This document shows, piece after piece, positions 20,812 to 30,300 of a stretch of 64,000 bases of DNA; the stretch's first letter is position 1, and each line of letters opens with the position of its first letter. The position numbers and the translations under genes were made by a program. The stretch comes from Alphaproteobacteria bacterium. GTDB taxonomy: Bacteria; Pseudomonadota; Alphaproteobacteria; GCA-2731375. The notes under the pieces were generated by a model, which worked only from the letters and a program-made list of their open reading frames with translations, did not search any database and was not told the origin of the DNA. The DNA is taken from assembly GCA_965225945.1 (NCBI GenBank), contig CBDDBZ010000021.1:32001-96000 (forward strand). Reading direction: 5' to 3'.

Positions 20812-20939
20812 TCATGTCCGTCTCGTCGTCATGTCCGTCTCGTCCGTCCGTTCGTCGTCATGTCCGTCTCGTCGTCATGTCCGTCTCGTCGTCATGTCCG
20901 TCTCGTCGTCATGTCCGTCTCGTCGTCATGTCCGTCTCG
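20797..20939. repeat. 17-bp tandem repeat (ATGTCCGTCTCGTCGTC), about 8.5 copies with a degenerate middle
   Basis: Perfect units start at 20797, 20814, 20860, 20877, 20894 and 20911; 20831-20859 is degenerate; 20928-20939 is partial. Confidence 0.97.
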
Positions 20940-21025
20940 CTCGCCGGTCCCGCCCGAGCCTCGGGCGGGCCGCTTGAATTCGCTTGGCTTGGGGCCGGCC
21001 GGGGCAGGCTCCGCGCCGAAACGCG

Positions 21026-21054
21026 CTAATACAAGGCCGTCGGGCACAAGTCAA
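21026..21054 (-). promoter_or_regulatory. Putative sigma70 promoter of rpsD
   Basis: TTGACT-17 nt-TATTAG on the minus strand. Confidence 0.6.
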
Positions 21055-21842
21055 ACCTCGCCGTCGCGTCGGTTTGCGGCCTCTTGCTCCAGAGCCGGGC
21101 CGGCCCGCCGCAGCGCGCTGACGATGCCGTGGAGCGTCCTCACTTCGGCTTCGCTGAACCCGGCGCGGGCGAACATGTTGCGGATGTTGCGGGTCATGGC
21201 GGGCCGCTTCTCCGGTGGCTTCAGAAAGCCGCCCGCGTCGAGCCCCGCCTCGAGGCGGCGGTGGAAGTTCTCCAACTCGGCGGCGCTCGCCCGCGCCGCG
21301 CCGCTCGGCGGCGCTTCCGCCACCGGGTCGGCTCGGAACCACTCGTGCCCCATCAACAGCACCGCCTGCGCCAGGTTGAGGGAAGAGAAGGCCGGGTTGG
21401 TCGCCACCTCGACGATGGCGGCGGCCGGGGCGATGTCGTCGTTGTCGAGCCCGGCCCGCTCAGCCCCGAACAGAATGCCGGCCTTTTCGCCCCGAGCCAG
21501 CGCGTGGCGCAGCCTCGCCGCCGCCTCGCGCGGGCGCAGCACCGGCTTCGCCATGTCGCGCGCCCGCGCCGTGGTCGCCAGCACCAGGTTCAAATCGGCG
21601 ATCGCGTCAGCCGTCGTGGCGTGGACCGTCGCCCGGTCCAATACGAGGTCCGCTCGGCTCGCCGCGGCCCGCGCCTGCTCGCTCGGCCAGCCGTCGCGCG
21701 GCGCCACCAAGCGCAGTTCGGTGAGGCCGAAGTTCAACATCGCGCGGGCCGCCGCGCCGATATTCTCGCCCAATTGCGGGCGCACGAGGACGACGGCGGG
21801 GCCGCCGAGGACGGCCGGCCTGGAGGTATCGGTTCCGGCCAT
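21051..21842 (-). CDS. trmJ: SPOUT RNA methyltransferase, TrmJ/LasT family
   Basis: VLVRPQLGENIGAAARAMLNFG, ILFGAERAGLDN and SSLNLAQAV motifs. Confidence 0.9.
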   Translation of the reverse strand: MAGTDTSRPAVLGGPAVVLVRPQLGENIGAAARAMLNFGLTELRLVAPRDGWPSEQARAAASRADLVLDRATVHATTADAIADLNLVLATTARARDMAKPVLRPREAAARLRHALARGEKAGILFGAERAGLDNDDIAPAAAIVEVATNPAFSSLNLAQAVLLMGHEWFRADPVAEAPPSGAARASAAELENFHRRLEAGLDAGGFLKPPEKRPAMTRNIRNMFARAGFSEAEVRTLHGIVSALRRAGPALEQEAANRRDGEV

Positions 21843-21966
21843 GGCGCTTCAACTCCGGCGAGGTCGGGGCGAGCCTCGAGCTATATCACGACTTCGCGGC
21901 GTCTGGTCTTTGCCCGAGGTGATGCTATGGTCGCAGCGACACGCGGTGACCATGTCGGGAGGGGAG

Positions 21967-22752
21967 ATGAGCCTCGAGGCGACCTCGATTGAGGTTTCGG
22001 ACGTCCGGATCGATCTCCGCGCGGGCGGCGCGGGGCGGACATTTCTCTATCTTCACGGCGGTCTCGGGCCCGGCGGCGACGAGGTCTTTCTCGACGCGCT
22101 GGCGGGCGAGGCCCGCGTCCTGGCGCCGACCCACCCCGGTTTCGGTGCCTCCGAGTGGCCGCGCGAGTTCCGCGGCGTCGACGATCTGGCCTATTTCTAC
22201 CTCGACTTCGCCGAGGCCTATGGGCTCGACGACGCGGTCCTGGTCGGCGCCTGCTTCGGCGGCTGGCTCGCCGCCGAGATGCTGATCCGCAGCCGGCGGC
22301 AGTTCTCCCGCGCGGTGTTGATCGGGACGCTCGGGGCCAAGTTCTCCGACCGGCTGAGCCGCGACATCGCCGACATTCACGGCGCCGAGAAGGCGGAGCT
22401 CGACCGCCTGCTGTTCCACGATCCGGCGTTTGCCGCGCGCGACCTGACGGCGCTCGACGAGGCGACGCTGACCGCGATCGCGCGGGACCGCGAGGCCTTC
22501 GCCTATTACGGCTGGAAACCCTACATGCACAATCCCGGGCTGCGGCGCTGGTTGCACCGGATCGACGTCGCGACCCTGCTGATTTGGGGCGAGAGCGACG
22601 GCTTCGTCACCCCCGATTACGGCCGCGCCTGGGCCGCGGCGATACCCGGCGCGCGGCTGGAGACGATTGCGGAAGCGGGACATTTTCCCCATCTCGAACA
22701 GCCCGAGGAGACGGCGGCCCATGTCTTGGCCTTCGCCGCCGAGGGCCGGTAG
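21967..22752 (+). CDS. Alpha/beta hydrolase fold protein
   Basis: YLHGGLG, HPGFG, nucleophile elbow GACFGG (Cys at the usual Ser position), WGESD, AGHFPHLEQP. Confidence 0.88.
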   Translation: MSLEATSIEVSDVRIDLRAGGAGRTFLYLHGGLGPGGDEVFLDALAGEARVLAPTHPGFGASEWPREFRGVDDLAYFYLDFAEAYGLDDAVLVGACFGGWLAAEMLIRSRRQFSRAVLIGTLGAKFSDRLSRDIADIHGAEKAELDRLLFHDPAFAARDLTALDEATLTAIARDREAFAYYGWKPYMHNPGLRRWLHRIDVATLLIWGESDGFVTPDYGRAWAAAIPGARLETIAEAGHFPHLEQPEETAAHVLAFAAEGR

Positions 22753-22786
22753 GGACGGAAGGGAAGGGAAGGGAAGGAGCGCGAAC

Positions 22787-24010
22787 ATGCAGGTCTGGCA
22801 CTTTTCCGAGATGGCCTACCCACCGGCCTGGGACGCCGGGCGGAAACGGGGCAGTTTCCGCGTCACCCTGCCGAGTCGCGAATTCGACCCGGAAATCGGG
22901 GCCGACATCTTCCACCGGCACTACGACGAGTATCAACTCTGCGACGAACTCGGCATGAACATCATGGTGAACGAGCATCACAGCACGGCGACTTGCCTCA
23001 ACGCGGCGGTCACCGTCTCGCTCTCGATCCTGGCCCGGATCACCAAGAAGGCGCGCCTCCTTTCCCTCGGCATGCCGATCGCCAACCGATCGGACCCGGT
23101 CAGGGTCGCCGAGGAGATGGCGATGGTCGACGTCATCAGCCGGGGCCGGCTGGAAATGGGGCTGGTCAAGGGCGCGCCCTACGAGATCGCGCCGGCGAAT
23201 TCCAATCCCGGACGGATCATGGAGCGTTTCTGGGAGGCCCACGACCTGATTCTGAAGGCGATGTCGACGCACGACGGGCCGTTCAACTGGGAGGGCGAAT
23301 ACTTCCACTACCGCAAGGTCAATATCTGGCCTCGGCCCTGGCAACGGCCGCATCCACCGGTCTGGATCACCGGGCTCAGCCCCGGGACCGGTCGTGCCGT
23401 GGCCGAACGCGGCCATGTCGCGGCGGCGCTGTTGAGCGGCGGCATCGCCGGCGCCATGTTCGATGCCTACCGCCAGCGGGCGGCGGAGCTCGGCTGGGTG
23501 GCGCCGCACGACCGCATGGCCTATTGCGCGCTGGTCGGCGTCGGCGTGAGCGAGGCGGAGGGCAGGCGCCGGGCCGACGACGTCGCCGGCTACGTCCGCA
23601 CCTCGCCGCTCGTCGCCGAGCCGTTCCGCAATCCCCCGGGTTATAACGCCATTGCGGCCAACGTCGCGGCGATGCGCCAAGGCCCGAGCGTCAGTGTCGC
23701 CCGGGTCGCGACCGTCGATGGCCGGGTGATCGATCCGAGGGTCGCCTCGGTGCAGGAGTTCATCGACGCCCGCACCCTCTTCGCCGGCACGCCCGATCAG
23801 GTGTTCGAGCAGATCGTCCAGTTCAACCGCGAGGTCGGTGGCCTCGGCCATCTGATCATCATGGGCCAGGGCGGCACGCTCGGCTTCAAGGATACGTGTG
23901 AAAATCTCCGTCTTTTCGCCGAAGAGGTGATGCCTCGGCTCGGCGAGATCGAAATGCCGGAGAACCCCTACGCCGAACAGGCCGAGCGGGCGTCGAGCGC
24001 CGCCGAGTGA
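22787..24010 (+). CDS. LLM-class flavin-dependent oxidoreductase
   Basis: VNEHH, PVRVAEEMAMVDVISRGRL, PWQRPHPPVW and AGTPDQV motifs; operonic with the hydrolase. Confidence 0.9.
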   Translation: MQVWHFSEMAYPPAWDAGRKRGSFRVTLPSREFDPEIGADIFHRHYDEYQLCDELGMNIMVNEHHSTATCLNAAVTVSLSILARITKKARLLSLGMPIANRSDPVRVAEEMAMVDVISRGRLEMGLVKGAPYEIAPANSNPGRIMERFWEAHDLILKAMSTHDGPFNWEGEYFHYRKVNIWPRPWQRPHPPVWITGLSPGTGRAVAERGHVAAALLSGGIAGAMFDAYRQRAAELGWVAPHDRMAYCALVGVGVSEAEGRRRADDVAGYVRTSPLVAEPFRNPPGYNAIAANVAAMRQGPSVSVARVATVDGRVIDPRVASVQEFIDARTLFAGTPDQVFEQIVQFNREVGGLGHLIIMGQGGTLGFKDTCENLRLFAEEVMPRLGEIEMPENPYAEQAERASSAAE

Positions 24011-24315
24011 GGCCCTCGGGCGCGCCGCCCGGCGCGCCGCCCTCGACATCGGCTCCCAACCGCGTCCCGTTCGGGCGGCGAGGCTTTCAGGCTCGACCGC
24101 CAATTCGTACTCATTTGGGTGATTTATTTGTTGTTATTTTGGATTAGCTTTGGGTTCGCGGGACCAAGTTGGTTTCGTGACTTGCCGTTTTGGCGGTTTT
24201 GTCGAGGATTTCGGGGTGTTTTGATGTCGAATGTGACGCTGCGCACTTTGAATTCCGGCAATTTTATCCAAATCTCCTGAGAGCCAATGGGCGCTAGGGG
24301 ATATTCGGGAGCAGC

Positions 24316-27300
24316 ATGATGGCCGATAGCATCGAGACCACGGGCATGAACGAGAGCGCGGGCACGACCACGGGCATGGCGGAGAACCTGGCGGCGGTGG
24401 ACGATTCCGTGCTTGTCGGCGCCGAGGGCCAGGTGACGGCGGTCGGCCAGGCGGATCTCGGCGAGACGGTCGAGGTCACGGACGAATCGCAGGAGATCGC
24501 GGTCGATCCGGGCGACGACTTCGTGCTCCCCGAAGGCATCGCCTCGGGCGACATCCAATATTCACAGTTCGAAGGCAGCCTGGTGATCGTGCTGCCGAGC
24601 GGCTCCGAGATCACCTTCACCGATTTCTTCGTGATCGCCTCTCAGCAGGAAGAGGGGGGCCTGCCCCCGGTGCTGACCCTGGCGGACGGCACGGTGATGG
24701 ACCCGCCCCTGGTGATCGCCCAGATCGCGGACTTCGACCCCAACGCGGTCGAGGCGGCGGCCGGCGGCGGCGGCGGCACTGGCGGCAACGCCTCGTTCTC
24801 GCCCTATGCCAGCGGCGACATCGGCCCCGGCGACGCCGCGCTGGATCTGTTGGGCAACTTGCCGGGCTTCCCCTTCGACCTCGGGAACCTGGAGGAGGAG
24901 TTCCTGGACGAGGCCGGCGGTCTGTTCCAGGTGGTGACTGCGCTCTCCCAGGTCGTGCCGGTGGGTCTGCCGACGGACCTGCCGTCGAGCGTCACCGGGT
25001 TGATCTCCGGCGACTTCGACGGCGGCTTCGAGGATGCGCTGCCGAACCAGCATCTGGGCGCGGTCGATGCGGCCAACGAGACCAAGACGCAGTTGGTGAT
25101 CGAGTTCGTGCCCGACGACGACGAGGTCGTCGAGAGCTTCGCGGTCGAGGGCATCCCGTTGGACGTGCGGATCTTCATCCGCCCGCTCGACGGCGGCGCC
25201 GACGTCGAGCTTGCGCACGACGGCTCGGTGACGGTGCCGGGGAGCTTGCTCAACAACATTTTCCTGATTCCGCCGGAGGACAACGACGCCGACATTCCGC
25301 TGTCGTTCAGCGCCGTGGTGGTGGATCCGCAGAATCCGACCAATCCGGTGACGCTGACGGGCACCTTCACGGTGGTGATCGACGCGGTGGCGGACGTCCC
25401 CTCGGTCGGCCCGACCGGGACCGGCGGCGGCTTCGTCGCGGGCGCGATCCCGAGCGTCGAGGGCGAGGCGGGCGGCACGGTCGCGGTCAACCTCGACGTC
25501 GTCTCGAACGATATCGACGGCTCGGAGACGACGGCGGTTCAGCTGTTCTTCTCCTCGCCCCAGAACTTCACCGCGGCGGACTTCGACGTGATCGCGGTGG
25601 GCGCGGAACTGGTGGTGCCGGAGGACGGCTCGCCGCCGTTCTGGGTGGTGCCGCAAGAGGGCTTCGCGGGCCTGCAAATCGTGGTGCCGGAGTCGGCGAC
25701 CGAGACCGTCGACGTCTTCGCCTTCGGCGTGGCGACGGAGACCTTGATCACCGGCGAGGAGCTGACCTTCGACAACAACCAGGCGTCGACCAAGAAGGCG
25801 GTGGCCTTCCAGATCGCGCTGGAGGGCGAGCTGATCGTCAACATCGGCAACCCGACCTTCCTGGAGACGGAGACGGATGATGTTCTGACGATCTCCTTCG
25901 CGGACCTCCAGGTGAGCGCGACGCTGGGCGGCGCGGGCCGCCCGGACCTGGTGGAGAGCGTGACGGCGACGTTCGAGAATCTGCCGGACGGCGCGGTGAT
26001 CTTGGACGCCTCGGGCAATGTGGTGGCGACGGCCTCGGGCGGCACGATCAGCGTGACGGCGCCGAGCCTGGACGACTTCAACGCGTTGACGCTGCAACTC
26101 CCCGCCGACTTCGCGACGCCGGGCCCGGGTGGTGTCATCGATCCGGGCGACATCAGCGGCACGGTGGTGGTGGAGAGCCCGGTCGCGGTGCTGAACCCGC
26201 AACCCGGCTCGATCGCCATCGACGTCGCGGTCGAGGGCGACATCGACGTGACGGCGGCGCCGGAGACGACGGCGGAAGACCAGAACCTGGCGACCATCTC
26301 CGACGGCGCCGGCAACAGCGTGACCTTGAACGTGGTGGTGCTGAACCTGGCGGCGGTGGCGACGGACGCCGACGGCTCGGAGACGGTGCAGACGGCGACG
26401 GTAACCTTCAACGACGTGCCGGCGGGGACCGGCGTGCTGTTCTTCGGCACCGCCGGGGCGACGATCGCGACGGTCGAGCGGAGCGTCAATCCCGACGGCA
26501 CCGAGGATCTGGTGGTGAGCAACCTCTCGCCGGCCGAGCTGGCCACGCTGCGGCTCGGCGTGCCGGAGGACTATAGCGGGACGATCACGGGCAACGTGGT
26601 CTCGGCCTTCACCGACGAGCAGGGCGAGGATTCCGCGACCTTCATGGTCGTGGTGACGCCGACGCCGGTTCTGGTGCTGCCGAGCGAGAATATCGGCGGT
26701 TCCGGCCTGGACCAGGAGACCGACCAGCCGATCACGGTGGATCTGAACCTCTCGGCGGCGATCACGGACGGCGACGGCAGCGAGGTCCTCACCTCGATCA
26801 CGGTGACCTTCGACCAGTTGCCGGCCGGCACGACGGCGAGCGGCGGCACGCTGACCGGCCTGGTCTGGAGCGGCACGCAGGCCGAGCTCTCGGCGCTCGC
26901 GCTGACCTTCCCGACGGACTATTCCTCCGAAGACGGCGGCGTGATCAACGGCAGTCTCAGGGTGACCACGGACGAGGGCGGCGACCAGACCGTCGGCTTC
27001 ACGGTTCCGGTGCTGCCCGAGGAAGACCTCGACGTGGTCGCGAACGACGTCACCGTGCCGGAGTCGGACACGGGCGTGACGGTCAACCTGAGCCTGTCGG
27101 CGACGGTGACCGACCAGGACGGCTCGGAAGTGGTCGATAGCGTGACGGTGACCTTCACCGGCCTGCCCGCGGGCTCGTCGGTGAACGGCGGCACGCTGGT
27201 GGGTGGTGTCTGGAGCGGCACGGCCGTCGAGCTGGCGGCGCTGCAACTGACGCTTCCGGCGAGTTTCACGGGCGACATTACCGGCCTTCTCAACACCGGC

Positions 27301-30300
27301 CTTCTCAACGCGACCTCGGACGAGGGCGGCAACGAGAGCGCGCCGTTCACCATCACCGTCGATGCGATGCCCGATGTGATCGCGGTGGACGACGTGACGG
27401 TGGACGAGGACGGCTTCGAGACCGCCAACCTCGATGACTCGCCGCTACGGCCGGGTGAAGTGGACAGCACGGAGTCGACCACGGGCACGGGCACGATCAC
27501 GGTCGATTTCGAAGCCGACGTCCCGGCGACGCTGGACGGCTCGTTGAGGCTTCTCGACTCGCCCGCTCTCGACGGCCAGTTGACGACGCTGGACGGCGGC
27601 TCGGTGAGCTTCACGAGCCCGGATGGCGGTCTGACGCTGGTCGGCACGGTGCCCGACGGCGAGGGCACGCGCGAGGTGCTGACGATCGCGGTGCAGACGG
27701 GGGCCTCGGCGAGCGGCACGGAGGTGACCTACACCTACGTGGCGACGCTGAACGAGCCGCTGGAGCATCCCGACCCCGAGGAGGGCGGGAACACCGAGAA
27801 CACCTTGACCTTGAGCGGCGTCGGCTTCGTGGCGACGGACTCGGACGGCGACCCGACGCCGGCGGCGAGCTTCGACGTGACGATCGTCGACGACATTCCG
27901 CTGGCGGTGAACGACGCGACGACCACGGCGGAGGATACCCAGGTCACCTACAACGTGATCACCAACACCGACGGGACCTCGGACGCGTCGGGCGCGGACG
28001 CGCCGCTGACGCTGGTCTCGGCGGGTCTATCCAGTGGTTCGGGCTCCGTGAGCTTCGCCTCGAACGGCGACGTCACCTTCACGCCGGCGAACGGCTTCGA
28101 GGGCGACGCGGTGATCGCCTACACGATCGAGGACCAGGACGGCGACCGGTCCTCGGCGACGCTGACGGTGACGGTCGGCGATGATTCGACCCCGATCGTG
28201 ACCCTGGACGAGGACGTGACGGTGGACGAGGACGGCTTGTCGGGCGCCAACCTGGACGGCACGCCGCTTCGGACGGGCGAGGTGGACAGCACCGAGGACG
28301 ACACGGCGACGGGGACGATCAAGGTCGACTATCTGAACGCGGCGGATGTTCCGGGGACGCCGGACGGCTCCCTGAAGCTTCTCGACTCGGCGGCTCTCGA
28401 CGGCCAGCTGACGACGCTGGACGGTCTCTCGGTCAGCTTTGCGCTTGACGGCGACCAGAAGCTCGTCGGCTCGGTGACGGACGGCCAGAATGTCACCCGC
28501 GAGGTGTTGACGATCGAGGTTCAGACCGGGGCCTCGGCGAGCGGCACGGAGGTGACCTACACCTACGTGGCGACGCTGAACGAGCCGCTGGAGCATCCCG
28601 ACCCCGAGGAGGGCGGGAACACCGAGAACACCTTGACCTTGAGCGGCGTCGGTTTCGTGGCGACGGACTCGGACGGCGACCCGACGCCGGCGGCTTCGTT
28701 CGACGTGACGATCGTCGACGACATTCCGCTGGCGGTGGACGACGCGACGACGACGGCGGAGGACACCCAGGTCACCTACAACGTGATCACCAACACCGAC
28801 GGGACCTCGGACGCGTCGGGCGCGGACGCGCCGCTGACGCTGGTCTCGGCGGGTCTGTCCAGTGGTTCGGGCTCCGTGAGCTTCGCCTCGAACGGCGACG
28901 TCACCTTCACGCCGGCGAACGGCTTCGAGGGCGACGCGGTGATCGCCTACACGATCGAGGACCAGGACGGCGACCGGTCCTCGGCGACGCTGACGGTGAC
29001 GGTCGGCGATGATTCGACCCCGATCGTGACCCTGGACGAGGACGTGACGGTGGACGAGGACGGCTTGTCGGGCGCCAACCTGGACGGCACGCCGCTTCGG
29101 ACGGGCGAGGTGGACAGCACCGAGGACGACACGGCGACGGGGACGATCAAGGTCGACTATCTGAACGCGGCGGATGTTCCGGGGACGCCGGACGGCTCCC
29201 TGAAGCTTCTCGACTCGGCGGCTCTCGACGGCCAGCTGACGACGCTGGACGGTCTCTCGGTCAGCTTTGCGCTTGACGGCGACCAGAAGCTCGTCGGCTC
29301 GGTGACGGACGGCCAGAATGTCACCCGCGAGGTGTTGACGATCGAGGTTCAGACCGGGGCCTCGGCGAGCGGCACGGAGGTGACCTACACCTACGTGGCG
29401 ACGCTGAACGAGCCGCTGGAGCATCCCGACCCCGAGGAGGGCGGGAACACCGAGAACACCTTGACCTTGAGCGGCGTCGGTTTCGTGGCGACGGACTCGG
29501 ACGGCGACCCGACGCCGGCGGCGAGCTTCGACGTGACGATCGTCGACGACATTCCGCTGGCGGTGGACGACGCGACGACGACGGCGGAGGACACCCAGGT
29601 CACCTACAACGTGATCACCAACACCGACGGGACCTCGGACGCGTCGGGCGCGGACGCGCCGCTGACGCTGGTCTCGGCGGGTCTGTCCAGTGGTTCGGGC
29701 TCCGTGAGCTTCGCCTCGAACGGCGCCATCACCTTCACGCCGGCCAACGGCTTCGAGGGCCCGGCGGTGATCGACTACACGATTCAAGACCAGGACGGCG
29801 ACCAGTCCTCGGCGAGCTTGACGGTGACGGTGGGCGATGATTCGACCCCGGTGGTGACCCAGGACGACGACGTGACGGTCGACGAGGACGGCTTCCAGTC
29901 CGCCAACCTCGACGGCACACCGACGCTGCGGCCGGGTGAAGTGGACAGCACGGAGCTGACCGCGGCGACGGGGACGATCAAGGTCGACTACCAGAACGCG
30001 GCGGATGTCCCGGGGACCTTGGACGGCTCCCTCAGGCTTCTCGACTCGGTCGCTCTCGACGGCCAGTTGACGACGCTGGACGGCGGCTCGGTGAGCTTCA
30101 CGAGCCCGGATGGCGGTCTGACGCTGGTCGGCACGGTGCCCGACGGCGAGGGCACGCGCGAGGTGCTGACGATCGCGGTGCAGACGGGGGCCTCGGCGAG
30201 CGGCACGGAGGTGACCTACACCTACGTGGCGACGCTGAACGAGCCGCTGGAGCATCCCGACCCGGCGGAGGGCGGCGATACGGAGAACACTCTGACCTTG

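Noticed and set aside
20797-20939. The 17-bp array as a CRISPR array
   Set aside because: The units are contiguous with no unique spacers, are too short, and there are no cas genes in the window.
20080-22752. 890-aa ORF on the plus strand
   Set aside because: It is antisense to rpsD and trmJ; only the last ~260 aa (alpha/beta hydrolase) look real.
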